A program made the position numbers and the translations under genes. This document shows, piece after piece, positions 1 to 9,215 of a DNA stretch of 37,895 nt. The stretch lies in the NCBI GenBank assembly GCA_964476715.1, contig CAYZBP010000001.1:1-37895 (forward strand). Reading direction: 5' to 3'. This stretch comes from an uncultured Bifidobacterium sp. GTDB taxonomy: Bacteria; Actinomycetota; Actinomycetes; Nanopelagicales; Nanopelagicaceae. Positions within the stretch are counted from its first letter, which is position 1, and each line of letters opens with the position of its first letter. The notes below the pieces were generated by a model. That model did not search any database. It was not told the origin of the DNA and was given only the letters and a program-made list of their open reading frames with translations.

Positions 1-266
1 AGTCCGGCTTTGAATGCACGTGCAGTCATCCGATTCCAACTGCTACGAACAGAGCGAGGATCCGTTCCGATGACAAGATCTGCAAGACCAGGAATTGTGT
101 CGGCCGCGCTACCCACTCCAACACAGCAACCAGTGACACCCTCATCTGTGCGTATGAAGACCGCTAGCTCCAATCCTTCGCTGGCTCCATCGGGAAGATT
201 GACATCCCCGATCAGTCGATTCATTTGATATGTATAAGGAGTGAACGAAATCTCTGTAACAATCAC
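1..266 (-). CDS. Enolase-superfamily (mandelate racemase / muconate lactonizing enzyme-like) protein, N-terminal 88 codons; the gene runs off the left edge
   Basis: Not in the supplied ORF track because it is edge-truncated. Manual reverse-strand translation from GTG (266-264) is open to position 1: VIVTEISFTPYTYQMNRLIGDVNLPDGASEGLELAVFIRTDEGVTGCCVGVGSAADTIPGLADLVIGTDPRSVRSSWNRMTARAFKAG. The 'xRTDEGVTG ... LIGxDPxxxxxxWxxM' layout resembles the N-terminal capping domain of MR/MLE enzymes. A GGAGGTG Shine-Dalgarno (reverse strand, 273-279) lies 6 nt upstream of the GTG. Confidence 0.45.
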   Translation of the reverse strand, partial: MIVTEISFTPYTYQMNRLIGDVNLPDGASEGLELAVFIRTDEGVTGCCVGVGSAADTIPGLADLVIGTDPRSVRSSWNRMTARAFKAG

Positions 267-323
267 TTAAACCACCTCCACGCACACGGGTTTGTCGTCA
301 ACATAATGATCTCGACTCTAGAA

Positions 324-335
324 ACGTTATAACGT
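324..335. promoter_or_regulatory. Perfect 12-bp palindrome ACGTTATAACGT, candidate operator upstream of the enolase-superfamily gene
   Basis: Read directly from the sequence. It is self-complementary over 12 bp. It lies in the 94-bp gap between the lnt stop (361) and the GTG at 266, 58 bp upstream of that start. Confidence 0.25.
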
Positions 336-360
336 AATTCTGGTACAGATAAGTGGATTG

Positions 361-1800
361 TCAAGCAACACGAAAAAATCTACGCCTTACCGAAAATATC
401 AATAAAACAAAAATGGCAGCCACTGAGCCTCGCATTACCCAAGACGAAAACCAGAGGGCAGATGTATTCTCATTCGTTAAATTCAATTCACCATAGAGAA
501 TTCCAGCTTCATACTTGGGCAAAATGGAAATAATCTTTCCAGAGCGATCTATGAATGCCGTATTTCCAACTGTTGAGACTACGACGATGTTACGACCAGA
601 TTCAATTGCTCTAGCACGTGTGATTTGTAACTGTTGGTCGCTTTCTGCGGACTCACCAAATGTTGCGTTATTAGTTTGTGCAATTATCAAGTTCGAATTG
701 CTAATGTCTTGTTTTAGTAATCGATCGCTTAAAATTTCAAAACAAATGACTGGAAGAATCTTTGCACTTTCTACTGAAAAAATCTGAGCCCTGTCTCCCG
801 CTTCAAAATCTGTAACATTTTTAGCCAAAGGCGAGATTAATTCAGCCAAAGATCGCAAAGGCATAAATTCCCCGAATGGAGCCAAGGCTCGTTTCTGATA
901 GATGACAGTTGTGCCATTTCCTTGTTCGTTTGGCTGCCAAAGTATGGAGAGATTTGTTGGACGGGAATTGCTACTTCCAACTCCACCAACAACTAATGGT
1001 TTATCAAGAAAATTAACTAAATCATTAATTTGCATTTTTGCTTCGGTCAATGGATTGACATCTGATGCATTTTCTGGCCAAACAAAGAGATCAGGTTCGA
1101 AATTTGCCGGCCGATTAGCTTGAGTTCCCCAATTCTTTGTTAATTGAAGATGATTATTCAATACGGCCTTTCGTTGCGAATTGAAATCCAAACCTAAATC
1201 TGGAACTGAACCCTGAACAGCCGCTACTTTTAAAACATTGCTGACAGTAGAAGCAGCGTTTGGGATAAAAAGGTTTGCAAAAACAATTAACAGAAGTGGC
1301 AAATATCGGTAATTAAACTTGAGCAGTACTAAATAGATTAGAACGCCGATAAAAATGACAGTGAATGAAGCTAGCGGAACCCCACCAAGTGAAAGCATTT
1401 GAGAAAATGGCGTATCAACTGCGATGAATCCGGCTCTCCCCCATCCAAAACCACCAAATGGATAATTGCTGCGGAACCACTCCAACACAACCCAGAAGGA
1501 TGGCAATGTCACAAGTAGTACCAAACCTCTCTGATTTGCTACCCATGCAAACGGTGCAATTAAGAGCGCTTGGCCGACTCCCAAAATTAACCAAGGCCAG
1601 ATACCGACATATGTGCTGGACCAATGCAGCAAGGGCAACGTAAAGCCCAGTGAAAACAGCAAGCCTTGCACAGTTCGACTTCTGAAGGATCTCTTATGAA
1701 TTCGTCTGATTATCAGCGCGATTGCTATCGGAAAGAAAATCCAAATACCAACAGGCTCGAAAGCAAGTTGGGCGACAAAACCATAAATAAAAGCAAACAT
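361..1800 (-). CDS. lnt: Apolipoprotein N-acyltransferase
   Basis: 479 aa with a multi-TM N-terminus followed by a CN-hydrolase domain. The Glu/Lys/Cys triad contexts are LFVWPENASD, YQKRALAPFGEFMP and LPVICFEILSD. Confidence 0.85.
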   Translation of the reverse strand: MFAFIYGFVAQLAFEPVGIWIFFPIAIALIIRRIHKRSFRSRTVQGLLFSLGFTLPLLHWSSTYVGIWPWLILGVGQALLIAPFAWVANQRGLVLLVTLPSFWVVLEWFRSNYPFGGFGWGRAGFIAVDTPFSQMLSLGGVPLASFTVIFIGVLIYLVLLKFNYRYLPLLLIVFANLFIPNAASTVSNVLKVAAVQGSVPDLGLDFNSQRKAVLNNHLQLTKNWGTQANRPANFEPDLFVWPENASDVNPLTEAKMQINDLVNFLDKPLVVGGVGSSNSRPTNLSILWQPNEQGNGTTVIYQKRALAPFGEFMPLRSLAELISPLAKNVTDFEAGDRAQIFSVESAKILPVICFEILSDRLLKQDISNSNLIIAQTNNATFGESAESDQQLQITRARAIESGRNIVVVSTVGNTAFIDRSGKIISILPKYEAGILYGELNLTNENTSALWFSSWVMRGSVAAIFVLLIFSVRRRFFRVA

Positions 1801-1802
1801 AA

Positions 1803-2723
1803 TTAAAGCTCTAAAGCGCTCAGGAGGCGTTTGACTGATGAATCAATTCCATAACTTTTGGACAGGATTTCCAACGCCTCAGAATTCACTACCTTTTTCG
1901 GTAAATTGAAAGGTCCTTTTGGCAGTCGAAGATCGTCAACGCAGTTAACAACTACTTCGGCTTTGCGTAAGTAATCTGAACTTTCCAGAATTTTCTTTTG
2001 CAGAGAAGCAGATAGTTTTGAGTTTGATTTATTCGCAGCCTCTATAACTTCCTCGATAGTTGCAAAACTATTTGCAAGAGTCGCGGCACCTTTTGGACCA
2101 ATTCCCCGTGCACCCGGTAGACCATCAGATGGATCTCCTCGGAAAGTGGCAAATAACGCGTAACGATCACCAGGTATTTCATATTTGTTCTTAATCCACT
2201 TCAAATCAACTAACTCATGTTGTGAAATTCCCTTAGCAATATAAGCGACTTTTACTTTTCTCTTGTCGTCGACCAGTTGGAAAAGATCCCGATCGCCAGT
2301 AACGATAAATGTTGGGCCTGGTTCCCTAACTGACAGCGTTGCTATCACATCATCGGCTTCGTAATCATCGATTCCAATTAATGGAATACCTATTGCATCT
2401 AAAACTTCCATGATTACGGGGACTTGAGCTTCCAGTATCTCTAACTCTTCAGCAGCATCACTCAAAGAACCATCATCAGATTCTTCTTCAATCCGATTAG
2501 CTTTGTACTCCGGAATTAAATCTGTCCGCCAAGATGGCCGCCAATCACCATCCAAACAAGCAACGATTCGATCAGGTTGATAAGTGACGGCCATTCGTGC
2601 AATTGAATCCAGATAGCCTCGAATCGCGTTGACTGGTTGTCCGGATGGAGAAACCATTGATTGAGGTAGGCCATAAAAAGCCCGATACCAGAGCGATGCG
2701 CTGTCTAAAAGTAAAAGTGTCAT
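1803..2723 (-). CDS. 5'-3' exonuclease (Pol I-type FEN-like nuclease, Rv2090-like)
   Basis: Motifs LLLLDSASLWYRAFYG, TGDRDLFQLV and the H3TH-type DGLPGARGIGPKGAATL. The start overlaps the helY stop (ATGA). Confidence 0.85.
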   Translation of the reverse strand: MTLLLLDSASLWYRAFYGLPQSMVSPSGQPVNAIRGYLDSIARMAVTYQPDRIVACLDGDWRPSWRTDLIPEYKANRIEEESDDGSLSDAAEELEILEAQVPVIMEVLDAIGIPLIGIDDYEADDVIATLSVREPGPTFIVTGDRDLFQLVDDKRKVKVAYIAKGISQHELVDLKWIKNKYEIPGDRYALFATFRGDPSDGLPGARGIGPKGAATLANSFATIEEVIEAANKSNSKLSASLQKKILESSDYLRKAEVVVNCVDDLRLPKGPFNLPKKVVNSEALEILSKSYGIDSSVKRLLSALEL

Positions 2724-5350
2724 GCGACCTGGTTGGAGTATGCGATAACTCCACGCTTTAGTAGTTTAGTCGCCTCGCTAGCAGCGAATGACAAAGGGTT
2801 TGAGAGAGCGGAAATTTGCGTTAACAAATCCAAGAGTTGCTTCATCTGTCGTACAAAATCCCCTGCTGTTAAGTCAGTGTTTTCAAGAACTTCGCTAAGG
2901 GTGGCACCACTAGCCCAGCGATAAGTTGCCCAGGTTAATCCGGTATCTAGTTGGCGCATAGTGTCTAACCTATTTTTTGATTCCAGAGTGTGAATGGCAA
3001 ACCAAATACGTTCCATTGATTTAGTGGCTTCAAGTATTGCGCCTTTAGGTGTTTTCATTTTTGCTTCATCATCATTGCGTGCTTGGAAAATTATCGCTGA
3101 AAGCACGGATGCAAGTTCTGCTGGCGTCAACTCATTCCAAATTTTCTGACGAATAGATTCAGAAACTAATAAATCAAACTCTGAATAAATGCTTGAAAGC
3201 ATCTCACCCTCCGGTGCAATGTTTTCGCCATCTATGTAATTCAATTCAGATAAAACCGAACATATTTGGTCAAAAGTTCTGGGGATTACATGGGTCCGGT
3301 TTTCGACTCGCTTTTGCAAGTCGATTATTTCCCGCTCTAAACGATCTGCACGCTCTGATATTCGCGCATGCTCTTCACGGTCATTGCACGCATGGCATGG
3401 ATGAGCCCTCATTGATGATCGCAATTCAATCAAAATTGCATCCTCTTCTTCGGCTGCACCGTTTCGTTTAACGCCACTTTGCCTGAAAAGATCCAACCAC
3501 ACTGATTTATCTTTTGCATTTTTGTGGCTCAATCCTCCGGGGATCTTTAATTGACCAACAACATTAACGCCGTATTGACAGTCATTGGGACTTAAGCGAT
3601 GTACTCGTTTATCTAAAGTCATCACAAGTGGTCTGGCATATTCATGTCCGCGCTCGATTACTAATGCAATTCCGTTTCGCCGACCACCACCTATAGCCAG
3701 AATTGCACCTCTATTAACTGTTCCTAGAGTGTCAATCACTTGAGGCAATGAGGCTTTCTTATTGCGTTCATTTTTCTCGTGATCCCTAATCTGTCTGCGG
3801 ATCGCTGCATATGTACTGAAATCTCCAAGATGGCATTCGATTTCCTTATTTATCTCGAGTATGGCATTTTCATTTTTTGAAATTTGTCGAGCAATACCAA
3901 CAACTGATCTATCGGCTTGGAATTGCGCAAATGATGAAGCTAGTAATTCGCGGGCCGTATTTTTCCCCGATGTTGACAAGAGATTTACGGCCATGTTGTA
4001 AGTGGGATAAAAAGAGGATCGCAATGGGTAGGTTCTGGTTGTGGCCAATCCAGCCAAACTAGGTATATCTACCTCTGGACTCCATACAATTACGGCGTTG
4101 CCTTCTATGTCGATTCCACGTCTTCCGGCTCGTCCAGTTAATTGAGTGAACTCCCCTGGAGAAATTTCCACATGGGCTTCACCGTTCCACTTGGTTAATT
4201 TCTCAAGCACAACTGTTTTAGCCGGCATATTGATTCCCAAAGCTAAAGTCTCAGTGGCGAAGACAACTCTGATATAACCGGCTTGAAAAAGTTCTTCAGT
4301 TAATTCCTTAAACGGTGGAATCAATCCAGCATGATGGGAAGCGATTCCGCGTTCTAGCGCTTTTGACCACTCTCCAAAATTCAGAGCACTTAAATCCTCG
4401 GGGGCAATCACGTTTGCCAAGGCTTCAATTCGCGAACGTATGATTGATTTCTCTTCGCTGGAAGTTAAATCAAGTTTTGTGCATGATCGAACAGCCGCAT
4501 CACATGCTGCTCTACTGAAAATGAAAAATATGGCAGGAAGCATACTTCTTTCTGCTAATTTATTTACTATTTCACTTCTAGGTAATTGGCGGTATTCATT
4601 TCGGAGATCTCTATTTCGATAGATCCGTTGGTAGTTTTGCGAAATTCGAACTAAATCTTTGTTTGGCGAACTTCCTTCAGACAAAAGTGGAAAGAAGTCA
4701 TTTCCTTGCAATACATATTGATGCAACGGGACCGGTCTAGTTTCACTAAGGATTACCCGAATTTCACCCCTGACGGTGGATAACCATTCACCAAACTCTT
4801 CAACATTAGAAACAGTGGCAGAAAGTGAGATGACCGGGATCTCTTGAGGAAGGTGAATCAAAATTTCCTCCCAGACCGCACCTCTGAATTTATCTCCCAA
4901 GAAGTGAACTTCATCCAAAACCACAAAACCTAAATTTTCTAACGTATTGGAACCTGCATAAATCATATTTCGCAGAACTTCGGTCGTCATTACGACAATA
5001 GGTGCTTCTCCATTTACCGAAACATCTCCTGTTAAAAGTCCAACATGATCAGACCCGTATCGTTCTACGAACTCTGAATACTTTTGATTGGAAAGCGCCT
5101 TAATAGGAGTGGTGTAAAAAACTTTCTTTCCGCGCTCGTAAGCCAGAAATGTCGCAAATTCACCAACAACTGTTTTCCCAGCACCCGTTGGGGCTGCTAC
5201 TAAAACTCCGAAGCCATCTTCCAGCGCATGACAGGCTTCAATCTGAAAATCATCGGGAGTGAAAGAGAGATTAGAAACGAAGTTTTGAAATTCCGGATGC
5301 GAGGTTCTTTTCTTGCTCGCCGCAAATCTTGCAGATGGTGAGGTATCCAT
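2720..5350 (-). CDS. helY: Ski2-like DEAD/DEAH-box RNA helicase HelY
   Basis: 876 aa. Walker A AAPTGAGKT, motif II LDEVHFLGD, SAT (SLSATVSN), HHAGLIP and QLTGRAGRRG, plus a long C-terminal DSHCT-like region. Confidence 0.9.
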   Translation of the reverse strand: MDTSPSARFAASKKRTSHPEFQNFVSNLSFTPDDFQIEACHALEDGFGVLVAAPTGAGKTVVGEFATFLAYERGKKVFYTTPIKALSNQKYSEFVERYGSDHVGLLTGDVSVNGEAPIVVMTTEVLRNMIYAGSNTLENLGFVVLDEVHFLGDKFRGAVWEEILIHLPQEIPVISLSATVSNVEEFGEWLSTVRGEIRVILSETRPVPLHQYVLQGNDFFPLLSEGSSPNKDLVRISQNYQRIYRNRDLRNEYRQLPRSEIVNKLAERSMLPAIFFIFSRAACDAAVRSCTKLDLTSSEEKSIIRSRIEALANVIAPEDLSALNFGEWSKALERGIASHHAGLIPPFKELTEELFQAGYIRVVFATETLALGINMPAKTVVLEKLTKWNGEAHVEISPGEFTQLTGRAGRRGIDIEGNAVIVWSPEVDIPSLAGLATTRTYPLRSSFYPTYNMAVNLLSTSGKNTARELLASSFAQFQADRSVVGIARQISKNENAILEINKEIECHLGDFSTYAAIRRQIRDHEKNERNKKASLPQVIDTLGTVNRGAILAIGGGRRNGIALVIERGHEYARPLVMTLDKRVHRLSPNDCQYGVNVVGQLKIPGGLSHKNAKDKSVWLDLFRQSGVKRNGAAEEEDAILIELRSSMRAHPCHACNDREEHARISERADRLEREIIDLQKRVENRTHVIPRTFDQICSVLSELNYIDGENIAPEGEMLSSIYSEFDLLVSESIRQKIWNELTPAELASVLSAIIFQARNDDEAKMKTPKGAILEATKSMERIWFAIHTLESKNRLDTMRQLDTGLTWATYRWASGATLSEVLENTDLTAGDFVRQMKQLLDLLTQISALSNPLSFAASEATKLLKRGVIAYSNQVA

Positions 5351-6207
5351 TAGCGCAGTACCTTCATGCGATTTGGCGAAATAGATACATCTAACGGCAA
5401 GTTTCCAATTCTTTCACCATCTGCATAACCAACGGCATCAGCTGTGATCTGAATGGACCGACCTTGAACAATTGAAACAGCGGGATGAGTTATGTGGAGC
5501 CCCTTAAAAACTGAAGGAAAGATTCGGACAAATTCAAATTTTGATACCGGAGCTAAGATCATAATGTCTAAAAATCCGTCCTGTAATTGCGCTGCAGGGC
5601 AAACTTTCATTCCCCCACCATAGGACAATCCATTAGCAATCGCGATCAACATCGCTTGAGTTTCAATTGGTTTGCCATCGATAACAATCTTGTAAGACTT
5701 GGGTTGGAATTTGGGTAACTCTAGAAGCATTGCAATGTTGTACTTCATTTTCCCATGTGGCCAAGTCAAGCCGTTGGCTCGTTCATTTACTATCGAATCA
5801 AAACCGGTCGAACAAATTGCCGCAAAATACTCGTCTCCCACTTTCCCAAGATCGACCAATTCACCTTTTGCAGAAGTGGCTCTCTTAATACTTGAAATGG
5901 GGTTATCAAGTTTTAGGCCAAGTGCTCTTGCGAAATCATTGCCCGTCCCTGCTGGAATTAATCCAATGGGGTTATCTTCGATGTTGTTAATTGCAGCATG
6001 TACCATCCCATCGCCGCCTATCACAATTACTTTAGCCTCGGGATATTTCTGAATATTCTCCTTTAACAATAATAACGATTGTTTCAGAGATGATGTTGAG
6101 ATTGAAATAAAAAGTAGATCTTGGGAAATTAAATACTGTTCAATGATGGGAAGCACTTTTGCGCCTTTCCCACGACCTGATGTGGGATTGGCAAAAAGGA
6201 TTAACAT
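5350..6207 (-). CDS. Diacylglycerol kinase-family lipid kinase (YegS/BmrU-like)
   Basis: DAGK catalytic motifs VIGGDGMVHAAIN and IPAGTGNDFARALG. The stop overlaps the helY start by 1 nt (TAATG). Confidence 0.8.
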   Translation of the reverse strand: MLILFANPTSGRGKGAKVLPIIEQYLISQDLLFISISTSSLKQSLLLLKENIQKYPEAKVIVIGGDGMVHAAINNIEDNPIGLIPAGTGNDFARALGLKLDNPISSIKRATSAKGELVDLGKVGDEYFAAICSTGFDSIVNERANGLTWPHGKMKYNIAMLLELPKFQPKSYKIVIDGKPIETQAMLIAIANGLSYGGGMKVCPAAQLQDGFLDIMILAPVSKFEFVRIFPSVFKGLHITHPAVSIVQGRSIQITADAVGYADGERIGNLPLDVSISPNRMKVLR

Positions 6208-6966
6208 TTATTCTTCCTCTAATAAACTTTTTTTACGATTTCGCCGACGATCATTTAACATAGAAATACCACCGGCGAGGAAATAAAGAGCGCAAAGTGG
6301 GAGGGCTAACGCCAGCATCGTGATGGGATCTCCCGTAGGAGTGAAAGCTGCCGTAAATAAAAAAATTCCAAAAACACTCCCCCGCCAAGGTTTCAAAATC
6401 GCCTTACCGGTAAGCGCGCCGGCTATATTTAACGCAACTAAAAATACCGGCAACTCAAAAGCTAATCCGAAAATCAACATGATACGTACGACAAAATCCA
6501 GATAATCATCGAACTTTATTAAGTTATCAAGTGATGTCGGAGTAAATCCCAGCAATACCTTTATTGCGAGGGGAAGAATTAGATATCCAAGAGTTACTCC
6601 AGTTGCAAAGAATGGAGTGGCGGCAATAATAAAAAGTACTGACCACTTTTTCTCTCTCTTGTGTAAACCTGGTGCCACGAAAGCCCAAAGTTGGTATAAC
6701 CAAAATGGAGCAGAGAGCATCACTCCTACTAACAAAGCAATTTTTATATGTAGGTTCAAAGGTCCTAAAACACCAGATACGTATAAAGCATCACAATCAG
6801 CGATTTGGGTCGAAACTCCACATACCGGTTTTGATAGAGTTTTGATTAAAGTTCCGTAAGTAAACCATCCACCGACAGATCCAAGAACGATTCCACCCGC
6901 AGACAAAACGATTCGCTTGCGAAACTCCTGCAAATGAGAAATTATCGACATACGCTCGGCGCTCAA
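6208..6966 (-). CDS. tatC: Sec-independent (Tat) translocase subunit TatC
   Basis: N-terminal SHLQEFRKRIV motif and six predicted TM segments. The ORF-track start is TTG at 6966. The ATG at 6951 (MSIISHLQEFRKR) matches typical TatC N-termini at least as well. Confidence 0.9.
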   Translation of the reverse strand: MSAERMSIISHLQEFRKRIVLSAGGIVLGSVGGWFTYGTLIKTLSKPVCGVSTQIADCDALYVSGVLGPLNLHIKIALLVGVMLSAPFWLYQLWAFVAPGLHKREKKWSVLFIIAATPFFATGVTLGYLILPLAIKVLLGFTPTSLDNLIKFDDYLDFVVRIMLIFGLAFELPVFLVALNIAGALTGKAILKPWRGSVFGIFLFTAAFTPTGDPITMLALALPLCALYFLAGGISMLNDRRRNRKKSLLEEE

Positions 6967-7019
6967 AGCGGGCTCGCTTTCAATTAGTTGCGAGTGAAAT
7001 TAAAGAAGTTGAGAGCTGC

Positions 7020-7217
7020 TTAAGCTCCAGTACTTTTTTTGTCTCCATCACTATCTTCTTCTTTTGGTTTATCAGCATTCAATTCTTTAACTTCATTTTT
7101 GAAAATTTTCATGGACTTTCCGAGTGCGCGAGCCGAATCAGGCAAACGTTTAGCGCCAAATAGAAGTACGAGAACAATTACGAGGATTAATATGTGGCTA
7201 GGTTCTCTGAGAAACAT
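7020..7217 (-). CDS. tatA: Tat translocase subunit TatA/E
   Basis: 65 aa with a single TM and an amphipathic helix: [25 protein letters not shown]. An AGGAGGA SD lies 4 nt upstream. Confidence 0.85.
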   Translation of the reverse strand: MFLREPSHILILVIVLVLLFGAKRLPDSARALGKSMKIFKNEVKELNADKPKEEDSDGDKKSTGA

Positions 7218-7269
7218 AGATCCTCCTGGATCGATTAAATGACTTTGGCGTCCGGTGCTAAGTATAGGT

Positions 7270-8199
7270 TCAAGAGGAGTAATTTGCGAGTGCGGCCGCT
7301 GCCCTAGCGGCTATCTCTTGCTTCAAAAGCGCATCCTTTGGAATTCTCAAGTCGCCTCCCAACGCCAAAACAGCCCGAATAGCCCATTCATGATTGTGCA
7401 GATTTACCGTTCCGATAAAGCCCTGGTTGGCTAAATTCCGCTCCAAATTTTGTATTCCCCATTCTTCAGCAAACCACAGAGCTTTTTCATTGAGTTCAAG
7501 TTCGATGGAATTCCTTTGACTTCGTACCGTTTTCGAAGGCATATCAAATTTTGCAGCTTTTTCGTTTGTTGCTCTCACGGCTCGAATACGTTCTAATTTG
7601 AATTGTCTAAAATCTTCTGCCGCGTAGCACCAGGCATAAAGATATCGCCTGCCCGATGAGTCTTCGATGTACTCAAGTGGAGCAATCATTCTCGAGGTTA
7701 AGGCATCGGTAGTTGGCGAGTAATAATCAATTGATATCTGTAAATTCTCAATGATTGCTTTATCTATCAAGTGAATTTCTGGTAGCTTCGCCAATGTTGA
7801 TACATCGATGCTTACGATTGGATCTACTCGTTCGGAGATCTTCACCAACTTAGCTATCAAGTCAACAATCTGCTCCCGACTTTGAGTATCTACATTGAGT
7901 AAAAGAGAGTTAAGAGCAACGATTAATGCAGAACTTTCTTCGTAAGTTAATTTGCGGGGTCTTGACAGCGGATCAGCATTTGATATTGAAATGTATCCGC
8001 CGTCGAATTGAACATCAATTAGTTCTAAGTGGCTGTAACCGGGTAATCCGCAAACCCAAAGCAGATTTAAATCTGCGATCAAATCTCGTTCACTCACATT
8101 AAATATGTCGCAAGCTTCTTTGATTGAAATACCTTGATGCGTACTCAAGAAAGGAACCATTTTTAAGATTCGAGCAAATCTACTTTCATTTCTTTTCAC
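7270..8199 (-). CDS. pafC: HTH/WYL-domain transcriptional regulator PafC
   Basis: N-terminal HTH with the PafC-typical [15 protein letters not shown]-like core [21 protein letters not shown]. 4-nt overlap with the upstream paralogue. Confidence 0.75.
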   Translation of the reverse strand: MKRNESRFARILKMVPFLSTHQGISIKEACDIFNVSERDLIADLNLLWVCGLPGYSHLELIDVQFDGGYISISNADPLSRPRKLTYEESSALIVALNSLLLNVDTQSREQIVDLIAKLVKISERVDPIVSIDVSTLAKLPEIHLIDKAIIENLQISIDYYSPTTDALTSRMIAPLEYIEDSSGRRYLYAWCYAAEDFRQFKLERIRAVRATNEKAAKFDMPSKTVRSQRNSIELELNEKALWFAEEWGIQNLERNLANQGFIGTVNLHNHEWAIRAVLALGGDLRIPKDALLKQEIAARAAAALANYSS

Positions 8200-9170
8200 T
8201 GTGCACCATGCTTACTGAGAACCTCGGAAAGGCCTTGGGTGACAGATTTAACTAGAGTTTCTGGCCCGATGACTTTCACATCTGGACCACACCAAAGAAT
8301 GTTGTAAACCAGTAGATCAAAATCAACATTTTCTAGTTGAATTCTTTCCCATTCGGTATCACCTGAATCCAAGATTTCAAATTTACCAAGTTGTCGAATA
8401 GCACCTCCTGATCTCGGCTTCATCAAAATTTCGGCTTTTTCAATCAAGTGCTCTGAAATATCCTTTATGTAGTCATTAACATCATAATCAACCGAAATTT
8501 CAAAAGCGTGTTCAGCTGAAACAATCTCAGGTTGGGATTGGAACCTACTTAATCTAAATCGTTTGAATTCGTTGGAGGATATCTCCTTAGCTATCAAATA
8601 CCAGTGCCCTCTTCTTGAAACGAGGGAATAAGGAGCAACTTCGCGGTTGGCTATTACCCCATCAATACCTTTATATTGAAAAGAGATGAACTCCTTCTGA
8701 TTAATCGAACTCCAGAGTGCAAAAAATATTGGCTCAGAAGTTTGAATTATCGGCATAGAAGCAAGAGGTTCCAATGGTAAGTACTCGGCATTCGTGCTCT
8801 GAATTTTAAAAAGCGCATCTTGGGCTAAATTTTCTAAAGCTGCACCTCGCCAAATATTTGCAGCCACCGAAAGCCAGTAGATTTCTGAAGAAGTAAAATC
8901 CACCGTTGGCATTTCGAAGTTAACTTTTGCAATTCGATAACCGACCTCATCGTCAAAATACTTATCTTTCGCCTCGACGAGTATCTCAATATTTAAATCC
9001 CGCAGATCATCTTTATCTCGCTCAAACATTCGCTCCATAGCCTCAGATGTTCCAGAATATCCAGCGACATTTGCGAAAATTTCTTCCTTGCCTAATGGGC
9101 GCCGAGTTTCCAACAACGCCATAGTTAGATTAATGAGTCGCTCGGCTTTATCTTTTCGGGCCGGGTTCAT
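8196..9170 (-). CDS. pafB: HTH/WYL-domain transcriptional regulator PafB
   Basis: N-terminal HTH (RLINLTMALLETRRPLGKEEI) and WYL core GHWYLIAKEISSNEFKRFRLSRF. It is paired with pafC and followed by tatA-tatC-helY, as in mycobacteria. Confidence 0.75.
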   Translation of the reverse strand: MNPARKDKAERLINLTMALLETRRPLGKEEIFANVAGYSGTSEAMERMFERDKDDLRDLNIEILVEAKDKYFDDEVGYRIAKVNFEMPTVDFTSSEIYWLSVAANIWRGAALENLAQDALFKIQSTNAEYLPLEPLASMPIIQTSEPIFFALWSSINQKEFISFQYKGIDGVIANREVAPYSLVSRRGHWYLIAKEISSNEFKRFRLSRFQSQPEIVSAEHAFEISVDYDVNDYIKDISEHLIEKAEILMKPRSGGAIRQLGKFEILDSGDTEWERIQLENVDFDLLVYNILWCGPDVKVIGPETLVKSVTQGLSEVLSKHGAQ

Positions 9171-9177
9171 GTTAAGT

Positions 9178-9183
9178 ATGTTA
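9178..9183 (-). promoter_or_regulatory. Candidate -10 (TAACAT) for a leaderless pafB transcript
   Basis: A TAnnnT hexamer on the reverse strand, 7 nt upstream of the pafB ATG (9170). No SD within 15 nt. Confidence 0.35.
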
Positions 9184-9203
9184 CCGACTCCTCAGAAATT
9201 GGG

Positions 9204-9209
9204 TAGAAT
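9204..9209 (+). promoter_or_regulatory. Candidate -10 (TAGAAT) for a leaderless cyclophilin transcript
   Basis: TAGAAT lies 6 nt upstream of the ATG at 9216. A TTACCG -35-like hexamer (9181-9186) sits at 17-bp spacing. No SD. Confidence 0.45.
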
Positions 9210-9215
9210 ACGCAG

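Noticed and set aside
10-228. 72-aa plus-strand ORF from the track at the left edge
   Set aside because: It lies antisense to a better-supported, SD-preceded, edge-truncated enolase-superfamily frame on the minus strand. Its sequence is low-complexity (Pro/Ser/Thr/Arg-rich) with no motif.
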